Assembly: GCF_006345805.1 (NCBI RefSeq)
Contig: NC_043008.1
Span: 63,364,001-63,428,000, forward strand
Direction: 5' to 3'
DNA from: Octopus sinensis
Lineage: Eukaryota
Length of the DNA stretch: 64,000 nt
A model generated the notes under the pieces. The model was not told the DNA's origin. It ran no database searches and saw only the letters and a program-made list of their open reading frames with translations. Both the position numbers and the translations under genes were made by a program. Shown here piece after piece: positions 12,876 through 26,625 of the stretch; positions within the stretch are counted from its first letter, which is position 1, and each line of letters starts with the position of its first letter.

Positions 12876-15011
12876 AGAGACTTGGTGTCTCAGTTTGTGT
12901 AAGAGGTTTATTGCCTCATTTTTGCATGTTCTTTTTATAGAAAGACAAAAGAAAATTTGTAATAAACTAAAGTAAGAGGTTTAATACCTCATTTTGTTTT
13001 TTTTTTTTAAAAAAAAAGAATAATGTATTAGAGAAGCAAAAAATCGGTGGGCGTCTTTTGTCTTCTCTCGTCTTTGTTATTTTTCTCATCATTCATCTCA
13101 TTAATGTTTTTGTCCAGCCTGAAAGCTACTCTTTGTAATGCCGTCATGACAAATTTTATGAAGCAAAAATAAAAGAATATATTTATGGTGCAAATTTTGG
13201 CACAAGTCTAGCAAATCTGCGAGAAGAGGGCAAATTGACATTGACCCAAGTACTTATCTAGTACTAATTTTATCAACTCCATAAGGGTGAAAGCAAAGCA
13301 AACCTTCACAGAACTTGAACTCAGAACATAAAGAGCCAGAAGAAATACCACTAAATATCTTACCCAGCACACTAATGATTCTGCCGCCTTGTTGCTTATA
13401 TGGTAGAAATACAATTATTGGATAATATGACTATGTAGATATAACGGTGAATATAATGATTAACAAAGTATTGAAATTATGCACAATTACTGATTTATTA
13501 ATGATCATTAATTTGGTTAAAACGGCTTTTCTATTTAGTATGCAATTCCGAATAACCAATACAAATTTCAGTAGAAAAATAATGCTAAAAGCCACTTACT
13601 TCTCTCTCAGTATCTTAACTACAATCAGCATTTCCTAAACTGCTTCTAGACTCTGGTGAAAAGTAATTCATCTTATTTGGTTATTTATTTAAGATAGGAA
13701 ACCTTACAGCTATGCTGTGATAACTGCCATCTTTCTCAATTGTCAGTCAACAAAAGCATTTCATTGTACTTATAATCCATGATGAAATAACGAATTCTAA
13801 TGCAAGAAACAATATGCTAATGTGAACTTGCAGTAGCTTGATTGTATAGCTTGTAGACATTGGATGTCTCGTCACAAAGGAGATACCCACGAGAGAGACA
13901 TGGAAAATAACATTCAGTTTGCGACCACAAAATCGTATTGATTATATAATTCAGATAATTGTCAGCGATGACCATTATTTTCTGTGAATCTTTCTATAAC
14001 TGTGAGGCACCTTAGTGGTATTAACAATAATAGTCATTGGATAAAATTTGATATTTAGGCTGTCTGTTAGAGTTTATTAAGAAAATAATAATGATTTTCG
14101 TTCATTGTGTATTTGCGGTAAAGCAGCATTGTAAAAAGTATGCAGAATCAATGTGTTTGGAATTCATTTAAGATTACTAAGACTGGAACATTGTGAGTGC
14201 TTATAAGAAATCTTTCAGAAGTTTGAACATTTTACAAAACTAAATAAGAAGATAATGATTAGACCTTTAACAGTGTCTTGTAATGAACTAGATTAAATAG
14301 CCATGACAAAAACATGATTAAGAATCTCACTTACCAACCACATGGTTTTAGGTTCAGTCCTATTGTATGGCAATTTGGACAAAAATTTTTTTTACTATTA
14401 TTCTAAGTTAACCAAAATCTAGTGAATGAATTTGATAGATAGAACTGAAAGGCGGCAAGCTGGCAGAAATGTTAGCATGCCAGGTGAAATGCTTAGTGGT
14501 ATTTCGCCTGCCACTACAGGGTCGACATAATTGACTTAATCCCTTTGTCTGTCCTTGTTTGTCTCCTCTGTGTTTAGCCCCTTGTGGACAATAAAGAAAT
14601 AAGAAACTGAAAGAAGCCTGTTGCATGTTTGTATGTTTGTAGGTATGAATGTATGTATGTGTATATGTATGTTCCCCTTCTCTTTTTTAATGTAGATTAA
14701 ATCTTAACCAGCCACCTACTCGGTAGCACGACTGTGAAGGAAAGCATCTTGTTTTAACCAGTATCCTTTAAATCTTGCGGTCTTGCAGATTGTTATAGTC
14801 CCAGATATCGCGATCATTTGTAGCATATAAATTAAGGATTTGCTCTCTTCCCCAAAATCCCAAGTTCAGCCATACTTTGCTCCTGATGGAGAAAAGTATG
14901 TATCCTGTTGTTCCATTAATAATAGGTTTGAAACCAAAAGAGTATCTCGGTTACTAGATTTGCAAACTCCTTATCAATGGTCCATACATGTACTTTTCTT
15001 TTTTTTTTTGT

Positions 15012-15125
15012 ATTTTGCTGAACCACTAAGTTACGGGGACGTAAACATTCCAGCATCGGTTGTCAAGTGATGTTGGGGAGGACAAACACAGACACACAAA
15101 CATATACACACACATACATACATAT

Positions 15126-15171
<46 letters not shown>

Positions 15172-15338
15172 ATATAGTAGTAGTAACAGAAAAGTGGAAT
15201 TTCGATTTTCCCCACATTGTGAGTTGTAATGTATATAAGAAATTAAAAAAGGAAAATAAGCACACTTACATGGTTTTAATATAATTTTTAATATTATATT
15301 AAAACTATGTAAGTGTGCATATTTTCCATTTTTAATTT

Positions 15339-15383
<45 letters not shown>

Positions 15384-15540
15384 GGCTTCTTTCAGTTTCC
15401 TTCTACCAAATCCGCTCACAAGGCTTTGGTCAGCCTGAGGCTATAGTAGAAGACATTTGCCCAAGGTGCCATGCAGTGGGACTGAACCCAGAACCATGTG
15501 GTCGGTAAGCAAACTACATACCATACAGCCACTCCTATAC
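15012..15540 (-). mobile_element. SINE family 2 with expanded internal (TA)n and an AT-rich insert
   Basis: Matches the reverse complement of 58425-58930. Confidence 0.8.
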
Positions 15541-15715
15541 CAGTCTGGAAGGTCAGATTGTGATAACAAATTTGGTTTGCTATAGCACAGACAAATCTTG
15601 TAGCCAAGAAGGAAATCATTATGTTGGCTGAAAACTGTAGGTCCATTGCTTGTGTAAACATTATGTACAGATTGTACACAAGCAGTTTCAACCAGTTCCT
15701 CTAGGATCATTTTAG
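15541..15715 (+). mobile_element. Small R4/Dong-type RT fragment
   Basis: Similar to 18292-18411 joined to 18774-18820 (the NYRPIACLNIMYKLY region). Confidence 0.7.
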
Positions 15716-16717
15716 TTATATCAAGGCATTAGCGCATCCTTTAAGATCATTTTTCCTTAGCCACCTCCATGTATTGGTCTTTGTGACAATATACCATACA
15801 CCAAAACCATCCAGTTTATATTCATATGGCAATGATTCAGAGCACACATCTCTAATGTTTAAAAACATTGCCCAATTTTTTTTGGCAATATTGCCTTTTA
15901 TTTTTTTATCATACAGAAATAAGAGAAATTAAATCACTGTTAGATTTCATTTTATAGTTGCAGTCTGAGTTGTGTGAAATTATTTAAAGCTACATTAAAT
16001 TAGAGATTTAGAAACTGCATTATATGGGTTAAACTATTTTTTAATACCGGGGAACATTAAAAATATCCTAAATTAAGATCAAATATGCGATGAAAAAAAT
16101 AAATATACCATTTGTTGGAGACTAATATGTTTTTATTGGCAAAACATAGGAGATAACTTAAAATGTTACACTCTTGTTGGAGATGATCACACATTAATAT
16201 ACTTGCATCTCGACTGAAATAGCGATAATGATGGTGATGGCGATGATGGTGATGATGATGGTGGTGGTGGTGGTGGGGTGGTGGTGGTGGTGGTGGTGTG
16301 GTGGTGGTGGTGGTGGTGGTGGTGGTGGTGGTAATAATAAACTAGTTTTTGACTAAAAAGTATCTCGGTTTATTTTATATTTCAACGAAATCATCAAAAA
16401 TATTGATCTAATACGGTAAATGAATATTAAACCAGCATATTTTTTGGTTGGCAATTTCAATGAATTGTGATAAAAAAAAAATACAAAAGAAAAAATTAGA
16501 ATATATTTTATTGATATATTTTTTTTTAAATTTTGTTTTATTGTGATGTAACAGTATTAATGTATAATGATTTCAAAAAGCAAAAGGAAAATATTGGGAG
16601 TTACAACCCATGTTGGCCTGATTTTTATATAATAATAGCCAATATATTGGCCAAAATAAGGTAGGAAACTGGCAGAGTCAGTAGCATGCTGAGCAAAGAT
16701 TTTAGTGGCATTTTTTC

Positions 16718-17244
16718 CATCTTTACGTTCTGTTACATCTTTACATTCTGCTACATTCTGTTACATCTGTTACTGCTACATTCTGTTACATCTCTTATAT
16801 CTTTACATTCTGTTACATTCTGCTACATCTTTACATTCTGTTACATCTGTTATATCTTTACATTCTGTTACATTCAGTAACATTCTGTTACATCTTTACA
16901 TTCTGTTACATTCTGTTACATTCAGTAACATTCTGTTACATCTTTACATTCTGTTACATTCTGCTACATCTTTACATTCTGTTACATCTGTTATATCTTT
17001 ACATTCTGTTACATTCTGTTACATTCAGTAACATTCTGTTACATCTTTACATTCTGTTACATTCTGCTACATATTTACATTCTGTTACATCTCTTATATC
17101 TTTACATTCTGTTACATTCTGCTACATATTTACATTCTGTTACATCTGTTACATCTTTACATTCTGTTACATTCTGTTACATTCAGTTACATTCTGTTAA
17201 ATCTTTACTTTCTGATACATTTTTTCCATTTTTCCATTCTGTTA
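16718..17244. repeat. Minisatellite built from TTACATTCTG and TTACATCT modules
   Basis: Direct reading; lies between a SINE head (16662-16730) and an LTR end (17240). Confidence 0.95.
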
Positions 17245-17473
17245 TGACATGGGTATACATGCTTGGTGTAAAATGGTATTACACAAATAAATAGTTGATT
17301 GTGGTTATCTGAAAATAACCTATCACAGAAATTATATATTAACACAGAATGCACTCCGTACTACTTGATTGTAGGTACAATACTCATGATACTCAGTATT
17401 CACTGTTCAACTACAGACTGTTAAACCAATACACATCAAAGTAACATGGTAAACTAACAAGATCAAACTAACA
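17240..17473. mobile_element. Partial LTR, inverted relative to 10951-11713
   Basis: Reverse complement of 11057-11225 joined to 11655-11713. Confidence 0.85.
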
Positions 17474-17689
17474 TTTTACATTGTCTACAAAAGTTGTTTT
17501 ACTCCAACCAACAAATTATTCTTCATTCTCCAAAGAGCTGGCAATGAGAAGGAAATCATAAACCAATAAACAAGAGCAGAAGTTAAAGGTTTCCTCAAAA
17601 AGTCAGAATTCATCAAGTCTTAGCCAAACTCCTGCAAATTTTTCTACTAAATGTAGAGGGAAAATATTCTTTGCTAAATGTTGGTTATG

Positions 17690-17800
17690 AGATTTTTGGT
17701 AAATGATGGGTACAAGGCTACAATAAGCTACCACACATGTACCGTCTCCCTAAGGTTCACACGGAAAGTATCCCATTAAGACCAATAGTGGCTGAAAGTG
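17690..17800 (+). mobile_element. Penelope-type RT fragment
   Basis: KLPHMYRLPKVHTESIPLRPIV matches the PLE motif PxxYGLPK(I/V)HKxxxPLRPIV. Confidence 0.75.
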
Positions 17801-18411
17801 ACTTTAAAGTTCTTGGCAATTTGCTGTGCTTGAGAAGGCACATCAAGCTAAGTAAAAATCGTTGTCATACAGATATGACCTTTACACCCAATGCCATCCA
17901 CTCCCTTTCTCAGCCAGGAGGTCCATATTTTGGAAGCTCATTACTTCTGGTGCCACATGAAAACACACAGTACAATCTGTTGAGTAGTTGGGGTTAAGTT
18001 GGCACTTCTGTTAAGAAAGCCCCTTCCAAGGAGATCTTGAATCATTCTGGTTGAAAATCTGGTATGAAAAGAGAGATCTCAACCTCAAAGCACCATTGCT
18101 AAATGCAGTAAGGAAAGAATATTGTACTAACATCAACAATAGAACAAATAAAATTGACCCAGACACTTTCTCTCTAATTGTAAGCAAAGTGCATAATGGG
18201 AAGGCACCTTGAAGGGACCTAATAGCCTGATACTGGTATAAGAAGCTGCCATTTTACAGGAAACCACTAATATGTATATTCAGAAGAATTATGGAAGGTC
18301 AGATTGTCATACCAAATTGGCTTGCTATAGCACAAATAAATCTTGTAGCCAAGAATGCTATCACCAAGATGACAGAAACTATCTGATCATTGCTTGCCTA
18401 AATATTATGTA

Positions 18412-18773
18412 CGAGCAAAAGGCCCGCCCCCCGTCCAATGGACAGTGCTGAGTTGTCAAACATTTGAACCAAATTTTCTCAAAACAACTTGTTCGACCGT
18501 CCCATAGCCCTCCCCTTTGAGAAACACTGACTTAACCTAAATTTGAGACACCAGCAAAAGAAGAAATAAAGATAGACTTTTTTCTTTTCCAAAGGAAAAC
18601 GATTTCCCACTGCTTTATCGATAGCATTCTCACCTGGAATCGATTTTTGGAAATTTTTTCAAGACTTATACCTGCCCTGATACCTTCGGTATTTCCATAT
18701 CAAATTTGAGTGCTACCGGATGGAGGATGCCCGAGATCATAGAAGCTACACAGAACGGATTTTATATAAGAGA
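18412..18773 (-). mobile_element. Non-autonomous Helitron
   Basis: On the minus strand: 5' TC, 3' CTCG (variant of CTAG) after a GC-rich hairpin, inserted between A and T. Removing it restores the LINE frame ATT ATG TAT AAA CTG (IMYKL). Confidence 0.75.
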
Positions 18774-20002
18774 TAAACTGTATGCAGGCTCCCTCAACCA
18801 ATTCCTCCAGGACCATTTTAAATTCAACAACAAAGTGAGTGATGATGGTGGAAAGAAGGGCATGTGAGGAAGTGCCAAACAATTTCTGATAAACAAAGCT
18901 GTACCGTCTGAGGTAAAAAAAAGAAAAAACATAGTAGGGGCCTCACACAGTATGGCTTGATTATATGAACACATTTGACTTTATTCACCTCTCATGGCTG
19001 CTGAAGGGTCTCCATTTGACAAAAGTTCTTGCTATCCTAATTGCTGCCATTGAAAGGCTCACAAAAACCTGAGCAACAATTCTTAAATTTAGAAATGAGA
19101 GCAGAGTAATTTCCTCCAATGTTATAGTTATTTCAAAGAGAATATTTCAAGATATTGTCTCTAACTCTGCTCATTTTGACACTAAATTCATTATCATTAC
19201 TTCTCCAAAAATGAAATGGCTACATGCTAGGATCTGCAACTATATTAATGAAATCCATAATTTCTTTGTGAATGACTTCAAGATATATGCTGAATATGTT
19301 AGCAATTCTCCAAAGCAGCTGGAACTTATAAAAACACCTTCAGCTGACATAGAAATGAAAATTGGCCAAAAGAACTGTTCATATTGGATAGTTAAATGGT
19401 GAAAATCTGTTCCACAGACACAAAACCTGTGCATCAATGGTCTCACTATCTCTACTGTCTCACACAAAGAATGCTGCAAGTACCTATACATTAGTGAAAA
19501 TATATCATACAAAGGCATTGCGAATAAAGATAGAGCGGCCCCAGAATATTATACCAAATATAGAAAAAATATGGCTGCTGGAACTCTCCTCATACAACAA
19601 GGCAATGATCCCGCAATGCATTTTCAGTACCAGTGCTGATTACAGCATGAGGAATACTTGACTGGTCTGTAGAAGAAGTCCACTCCATAGACATCAAAAC
19701 CTGCAAGATATTGACATCAAGTGGAAATCTCAGAAATAGTGATATCAACAGGTTTTATGTAAGAAGAGATAAAGGAGAGAGAGGCTTGAGATCAATGCAG
19801 ACAGCCTTCAAATGTCACATAGCCTCTGTCAGAAAACACATGCTAAACAACAGTAGCAAATATAAATACATTAACTTAATGTTGAAAATTGAAGAAAACA
19901 ATATCCTGTATGTTGGCAACAAGTTCCTCAAGAATCTCTTTCTTCCTGATGACCTCCTACATGACTCCAAAACAGCCAGACTAACATACCTCAAATCAGA
20001 CC

Positions 20003-20420
20003 TCTTTACTCTTTTACTTGTTTCAGTCATTTGACTGTGGCCATGCTGGAGCATGCCTTTAGTCGTGCAAATTGACTCCAGGACTTATTCTTTGTAAGCC
20101 TAGTACTTATTCTATCGGTCACTTTTGCCAAACTGCTAATTTAAGGAGACGTAAACACACCAGTATTGGTTGTCAAGCGATGTTGGGGGGGGGGACAAAT
20201 ATAGACGCACAAACATATACACACACTCATACATATATACATATATACATATATATGATGAACTTCTTTCAGTTTCCGTCTACCAAATCCACTCACAAGG
20301 CTTTGGTCAGCCTGAGGCTATAGTAGAAGACACTTGTCCAAGGTGCCACACAGTGGGACTGAGCCTGGAACCATGTGGTTGGTAAGCAAGCTACTTACCA
20401 CTCAGCCACTCCTATGCCTG
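20003..20420 (-). mobile_element. Full-length SINE family 2
   Basis: Reverse complement of 58425-58930. Confidence 0.9.
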
Positions 20421-20606
20421 ATCAAGAAAAAGACAATGCATGGGTATGTTTCCAGTATATTTAAAGCAGACAGTAACACTGACATGAAGCAAAACTTCTC
20501 TTGGACTGCATCACATCGCACTTTGAAGATTATGCATTTGCAATTCAAGAAGGGAAGATTGCTTCTAAATGCCTAATAAACAAAAGAGACAGTGAAGTGC
20601 TTGGAG

Positions 20607-20877
20607 TTCCAAGATGAAGGTTCCCCTCTGAGGCACAAGTCCAAGCAAGATTGTTTATGGAAGACCAGCAGTCACTCATACATACCAGCCTTCCCTCTCC
20701 ACACTACTGATGTTATAAAAGGGAGAGACAAAGGCCAATATAGCTTGGTACCAGTGGTGTCACAACTCATTTCTACAGCTGAGACAAGAACACAAAACGC
20801 AGCCCTAGTCCGGGATTCAAACTCACAGCCTCATGATCGTAAGCTCGATGCTCTAACCTCTGAGCCATGTGCCTTCA
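20607..20877 (-). mobile_element. tRNA-headed SINE family 4 (related copies near 22650-23040, 48707-49023 and 63777-64000)
   Basis: Shared segment ggcacaagtcc...gaagaccagcagtc...catttctacagctgag. Confidence 0.75.
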
Positions 20878-20879
20878 CG

Positions 20880-21200
<321 letters not shown>

Positions 21201-21669
21201 TATGATTACTGTCCACTGTATGTAAGCATGAAATATCAAATAGATTTGTTTGGTGTTTCAAATTGAAGATTGTAGTAAACTTGATCTTGCAGTTTCCATG
21301 TGACTTCAGGAAGTAATAATGCCATTATTAGAGTTATATAACACTTGGACAATGTTTGAATATGCAACAAAGATATTATTACTCAGGCTTTAATGATAAA
21401 CACACTTTCAGCTTTGTCTATATTGATGGGCATAGTATAAACACATATAATGGTAATTCATATAATAAACATTCCAACTGAAGAATATTTAATAATCAGT
21501 ATAGGTATTGATAAATGCACCCTGATACAATTATATTTAGTCTTTCAGTCTTGTACTATAACTTTTAGGTTACTATTGTCTATCGCAAATGTTGGTACAG
21601 ATTATCTAATATCCAAAACATCAGTTGATTTATCAATATTTTATTACATTTTTCATCATACCCTCAGAA

Positions 21670-21751
21670 TATATCTATATCTATATCTATCTGTCTATCT
21701 ATGTATCTATGTATGTATCTATCTATGTATCTATGTATGTATGTATGTATG

Positions 21752-21808
<57 letters not shown>

Positions 21809-21825
21809 GTCTGTCTGTCTATCTT

Positions 21826-21858
<33 letters not shown>

Positions 21859-22080
21859 TTATCTATATATATATATATATGTGTGTGTGTGTTTATGTAT
21901 GTTTGTATGATTATATGTGTATATATATGTATATATATATACACATATACATGTATATCTATACATATATGTATTCATACACATCTATATATGTGCATAC
22001 ATATATACATACATACACAAACACACTAACACACACATATATACATACATATGTACAAACATATATATATATGTGTATAT

Positions 22081-22124
<44 letters not shown>

Positions 22125-22133
22125 TATCATCAT
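21670..22133. repeat. Compound (TATC)n / (TA)n / (CAT)n microsatellite
   Basis: Direct reading of the sequence. Confidence 0.95.
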
Positions 22134-22603
22134 TTAACGTCCATTGACCATGCCAGTTTGACCAGGGCCGACATGCTGGAAAGCTGCACCACACTCCAGT
22201 CTGATTTGGCATGGTTATGGTTTTCTACAGATGGATGCCTTATCTAATGCCAACCACTCCTAGAGTGTAATGGGTGCTTTTATGCTCCACCGGCATTCTG
22301 GTGTCATGCCATTTGTATGACACCAGAATCTTTCACGACTGATAATAGAAAAGGGGCAACAGTTTAAATGTTTGAAAAGCACTGTGCTATATTTTTTGTA
22401 CAAAGTTATTTTGTGCTATGGTTTTGAAGTTGTTGTTTCATCCAAGTTAGCATTTTAAAATTTTTTTGTTTCTGGAAAACATCTGGATACTAGATTTTCC
22501 CAAGATTTTTCCATTTCATGTCCAGTAAATCTCTTTATAACTTTCAAGAGAGATTCCTGATTTGAATTCCTTCTGATGATCTTCATTTAAATTTTATCAT
22601 TAA

Positions 22604-23238
22604 TTAACCCTTTAGCATTCAGATTATTCTGTCAAATGTAAATGGGTAAAGGGTAAAGAATCCCTTCGGTTGTGAATAACCTTGGGATTGCACCTGAAGA
22701 AAGTTCCCCCCGTGAGGCGAACTGGCAGAAACATTAGCATGCCGGGCAAAATGCTTAGCAGTATTTCATCTGCCACTACGCTCCGAGTTCAAATTCCACC
22801 GAGGTCGACTTTGCCTTTCATCCTTTCGGGGTCAATTAAATAAGTACCAGCTATGCACTGGGGTCGATATGATCGACTTAATCCGTTTGTCTGTCCTTGT
22901 TTGTCCCCTCTGTGTTTAGCCCCTTGTGGGCAATAAACAAATAAGATTGTATGTGGAAGACCAGCAGTCACTCTTATATACAAGTTTCCTCTCACCATGC
23001 CATCGATGTTGTCCAAGGGAAAGCCGAGGCCAATACAGCTTTTATGTAATACTTATTTATTCACATTTTTTTGTATTAATTATGCATTATCTCATAGCTT
23101 CAAGGTTTCAATGATAAGATTATTTAACTTTAGAATAACATTGTAGGGTATGTGTGAGCAACCAGATCTGGCTAATTTGAATATAAAACAGGCAGAATAT
23201 TTGGGCTGGATATGTTTGGTTGAAATGGTAAAGTGTTG
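22604..23238 (+). mobile_element. piggyBac-type MITE family A containing a SINE4 that itself contains a SINE1 (22715-22944)
   Basis: Starts TTAA-CCCTTTAGCATTCAG; the MITE body resumes at about 23044. Confidence 0.7.
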
Positions 23239-23983
23239 ATGTTAGTATCTGCAAGCTTGTCCTCTCTTTACATTCAGTTACTCAACCACCATGTGAATCA
23301 TCCTGCTACGAAATGCTTATCTCTTTTTACATGACATGTAAATATGTTACTCAAGGTTATTATACATAGTTTTAGCATTCATTAATACATGTCTGAATGC
23401 GTAAGCCTGTCTTTTCTTCAAGTTTAGTTTCTCAACTGTCAAATGAATCTTCCTAATATAAATTTTTATGTGAGATGAACTGCTTTATGTAGTGAACTTG
23501 CTGTGAAGTTGTCATCTATTTTAGGTTGGATGTAACAGTGTCCCTTGAGGATTTTGTAAGCAAACTGAATGAAGGTTTTGAAAATTCAAAGACATACCTG
23601 TCCAGCAAATGATTTAATCTGACACTCTGTATTGAAACTGAAGAATTTACATCATGGAAGTGCCATTCTAACTATTTGATAACATAAAAATTGTTCATTT
23701 CACTTTATTCACAAATCCTGTGGCAGAAATGTAATTTTGTATCCAAAAGTATCCTTTTTATTATTATTGCTCTTCAGTTATAGGGATAACAAATGTGCAA
23801 TGAGAGATGTTATATATACATACATCTTCATCATCATCTTCGTTAATGTAATCATCATCGTTGATATCGATATCATTGGTGTTGTCGATGTCATCGACAT
23901 CATCATCATCATCATTGTTATGATCGTCATCTCTATCTTCCTTCTAACCTCCTTTCTCTTTTCCCTCCCTACCTGAACTGTAA

Positions 23984-24445
23984 CTAATCTACACATCCTC
24001 CTCTGATAGCTGACAGATGGGGATTCGACGATTTCCCTTCACAGCTGAATGCACATGTGCTGTTTTTCTCAGTTCTGCTGGTTGTGGGTGTCCCAGAACG
24101 TCCATCAATATTGACATTTTTTTGGCCTTCTTGGAAACGTCTGAACCACTTGTACACTTGTGTGTGGTTCATAAACTCCTCTCCATACACTTTCTGCAGC
24201 ATTACCTAGGCCTTTGAGCAAGTATTGCCATGAAAACTTCCTCTGTCATGGTCAATGCAATGATCACACGCTACACACCTTCCTTCCAAGTACTGCTGTA
24301 AACAGTGGAAGTGAGCTACAATGTTAAAACTTAGTGCACATGTACAGCAGAGTTTAAGGTCAATCTCTGCTAAGCAGCTTTACTCTGTTTGCTTTGGCTT
24401 TGTTCCTATAGCAACAAATTGGTTACTTATTGATCGAACATCATG
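23984..24445 (-). mobile_element. Mariner transposon 5' portion (TIR and transposase HTH region)
   Basis: MLQKVYGEEFMNHTQVYKWFRRFQEG...DGRSGTPTTS is a mariner N-terminus; TIR-like ttacttattgatcgaacatcatg followed by TA. Confidence 0.88.
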
Positions 24446-24724
24446 TATGTGTATATATATATATTATATAAAGATAGAGGGAAAGATATTGATATTGCAT
24501 TATTTAAATGCATATCTTATGACAAGAAGCCAGTATTTAGGATGCCATTTTTATTCCCATATGAAATTGGATTGATTTACATCATATGACTGATAACCAT
24601 TCCTTGTTAATGAAACATGTGTATGATAATTCTAACCTAATATCTAAAAACAAGCTCTCTTGTAATGTTCTATTTATCTTAAATATATGAGTGTATGTAT
24701 ATGTAGATACATACAAAGATTTAC

Positions 24725-24761
<37 letters not shown>

Positions 24762-25449
24762 CACATATATGTATATATTTGCGCACAAATTCCATCACAT
24801 ATCTGTATAAACATGAATATATATGTTTGTGTTTATACCATTGTGCATACTCAGACTAAGGAAAATATACATATGTGATCGAAAATATTTGGCAAAAAAA
24901 TGTTAAAAGTCAAAATTTATGAGATGTAGAATAATTTTTATCAAAAATCACTTTTGGCAGATTTGAATGATTGCATGAGTGTGTCAAGAATTTATGCTTC
25001 TAGACAGTCGTTAAATATTCGAAGAAAAGTCTATTGTATTTCAACAACAGAACAAATAATTGTCCAGCATTTCTGCAAAATTAAAGTGCCATGTTTATAA
25101 ATAACTCCATCTGGCTTGGACAAGTGATAACTTTTTAAAGAATATTTAAACATTATTGTAGTGACTGAATCTTGAGCAAATAATTCCGGGAATCAATCAA
25201 TTTCTTTCTTATTCAGGATGGATGGAATGGGAGGGAATACTAATGGGATGGTAGCTGTTTTAGCTGTATTTATTTGTGATAATTATGTTTCGTTGATGTT
25301 AAAGGATTAAAACTGATAGTCGTTTATATCTGAAGGTTACTGACATTCAGCTAGTCTATATAGAGACTATATAGAGAAAATGCAGTTATGCTTAGTGGAG
25401 ATGCATGAGTTGTGATATCCTCTATTACCAAGAACCTGTCTCACAAAAA

Positions 25450-25907
25450 CTCTCTTTACTCTTTTACTCTTTTACTTGTTTCCGTCATTTGACTGTGGCC
25501 ATGCTGGAGCACCACCTTTAGTCGAGCAAGTTGACCCCAGGACTTATTCTTTGTAAGCTATGATGTAGTCTATCAGTCTTTTTTGCTGAACTGCTAAGTT
25601 ACAGGGACGTAAACTCATGAGTATCGGTTGTCAAGTGATATTGGGGGACAAACACAGACATACACGCATACACACACACACATACATATATACATATATA
25701 TGACAGGCTTCTTTCAGTTTCCATCTACGAAATCCACTCACAAGGCTTTGGTCAACCCATTTGACTGTGGCCATGCTGGAGCACTGCCTTTAGTCGAGCA
25801 AGTCAACCCCAGAACTTATTCTTGCTCAAGGTGCCATGCAGTGGGACTGAACCCGGAACTATGTGGTTGGTAAGCAAGCTACTTACCACACAGCCACTCC
25901 TATGCCT
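25450..25907 (-). mobile_element. SINE family 2 with an internal duplication of its tail segment
   Basis: catttgactgtggccatgctggagcac...ttattctt occurs at both 25486 and 25758. Confidence 0.85.
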
Positions 25908-26399
25908 GTAGAGGTCATTGGTATAATCCAACCTCTTGACTGAGTAATAAAAAGAAAAACTATGGCCTAACAATTCTATGTGTACAAGTAAGAACTTAGA
26001 TTCAGTACTACAAGTAAATGACGTAGTGTTGTAGTACGTATTTGTAATTAAATGTACTTGGTTACTGAGGGCTGAATGCTTTGTTCATTTATACAACACC
26101 ATTTATTTATTTGTGTCCAACTGTATGTGACTTCTATTTAGTTAGCAAAGCATGACATTAAACGCTGCTTCATGCCTTATGGATAAAATATCCATTTAGT
26201 GCTTGGAATTTTCACAATTAGGCATCCATTAACGATGATGTAATACTGCAGTGTTTTTCTGGAAGAGGAAATGAGAGTTGTAATGTCCATTGTTTGACCA
26301 TTGATATATGAACAGTAAGCAAAGAAAATGAACTGACCTGAAATTGAAAATAGAACACTAGAACTCATACTTGGTCTTGGTTGTGTGGCAAAAAACAAT

Positions 26400-26625
26400 G
26401 TAACCCTTTCATTACCAACCTGGCTGAAACCGGCTCTGGCTCTGTGCACAAATGTCTTGTTTTCATAAGTTTTGAATTAATCTTCCACCAAACCTTAGTC
26501 ACAAATTATGTTCCTAACACTAGATGAATGATAACTAAGTTATTTTATTAAATTCTTTGCTATATTTAAAGTAATTGAAAGAAACACAGAGCATCTCAAC
26601 AGAAATACAATAATGAATGGGTTAA
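26400..26625 (+). mobile_element. piggyBac-type MITE family B (second copy at 50448-50652)
   Basis: (g)TAA-CCCTTTC...ATGGG-TTAA; body shared with 50448-50652. Confidence 0.8.

Larger units (their letters stand above)
18200..20595 (+). mobile_element. Heavily decayed R4/Dong-type LINE (RT and C-terminal region), interrupted by a Helitron and a SINE
   Basis: Fragments NIMYKLY, FFVNDFKIYA (YxDD region), SDINRFYVRRDKGERGLRSM and KKTMHGYV, with many stops and frameshifts. Confidence 0.8.

Noticed and set aside
16718-17244. Possible CRISPR-like or telomeric array
   Set aside because: There are no unique spacers, the context is eukaryotic and the unit is not TTAGGG-like.
25340-25390. Hairpin TCTATATAG-aga-CTATATAGA followed by GAAA
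   Set aside because: No CUGANGA at the required position and no stem I; too decayed to call a hammerhead.
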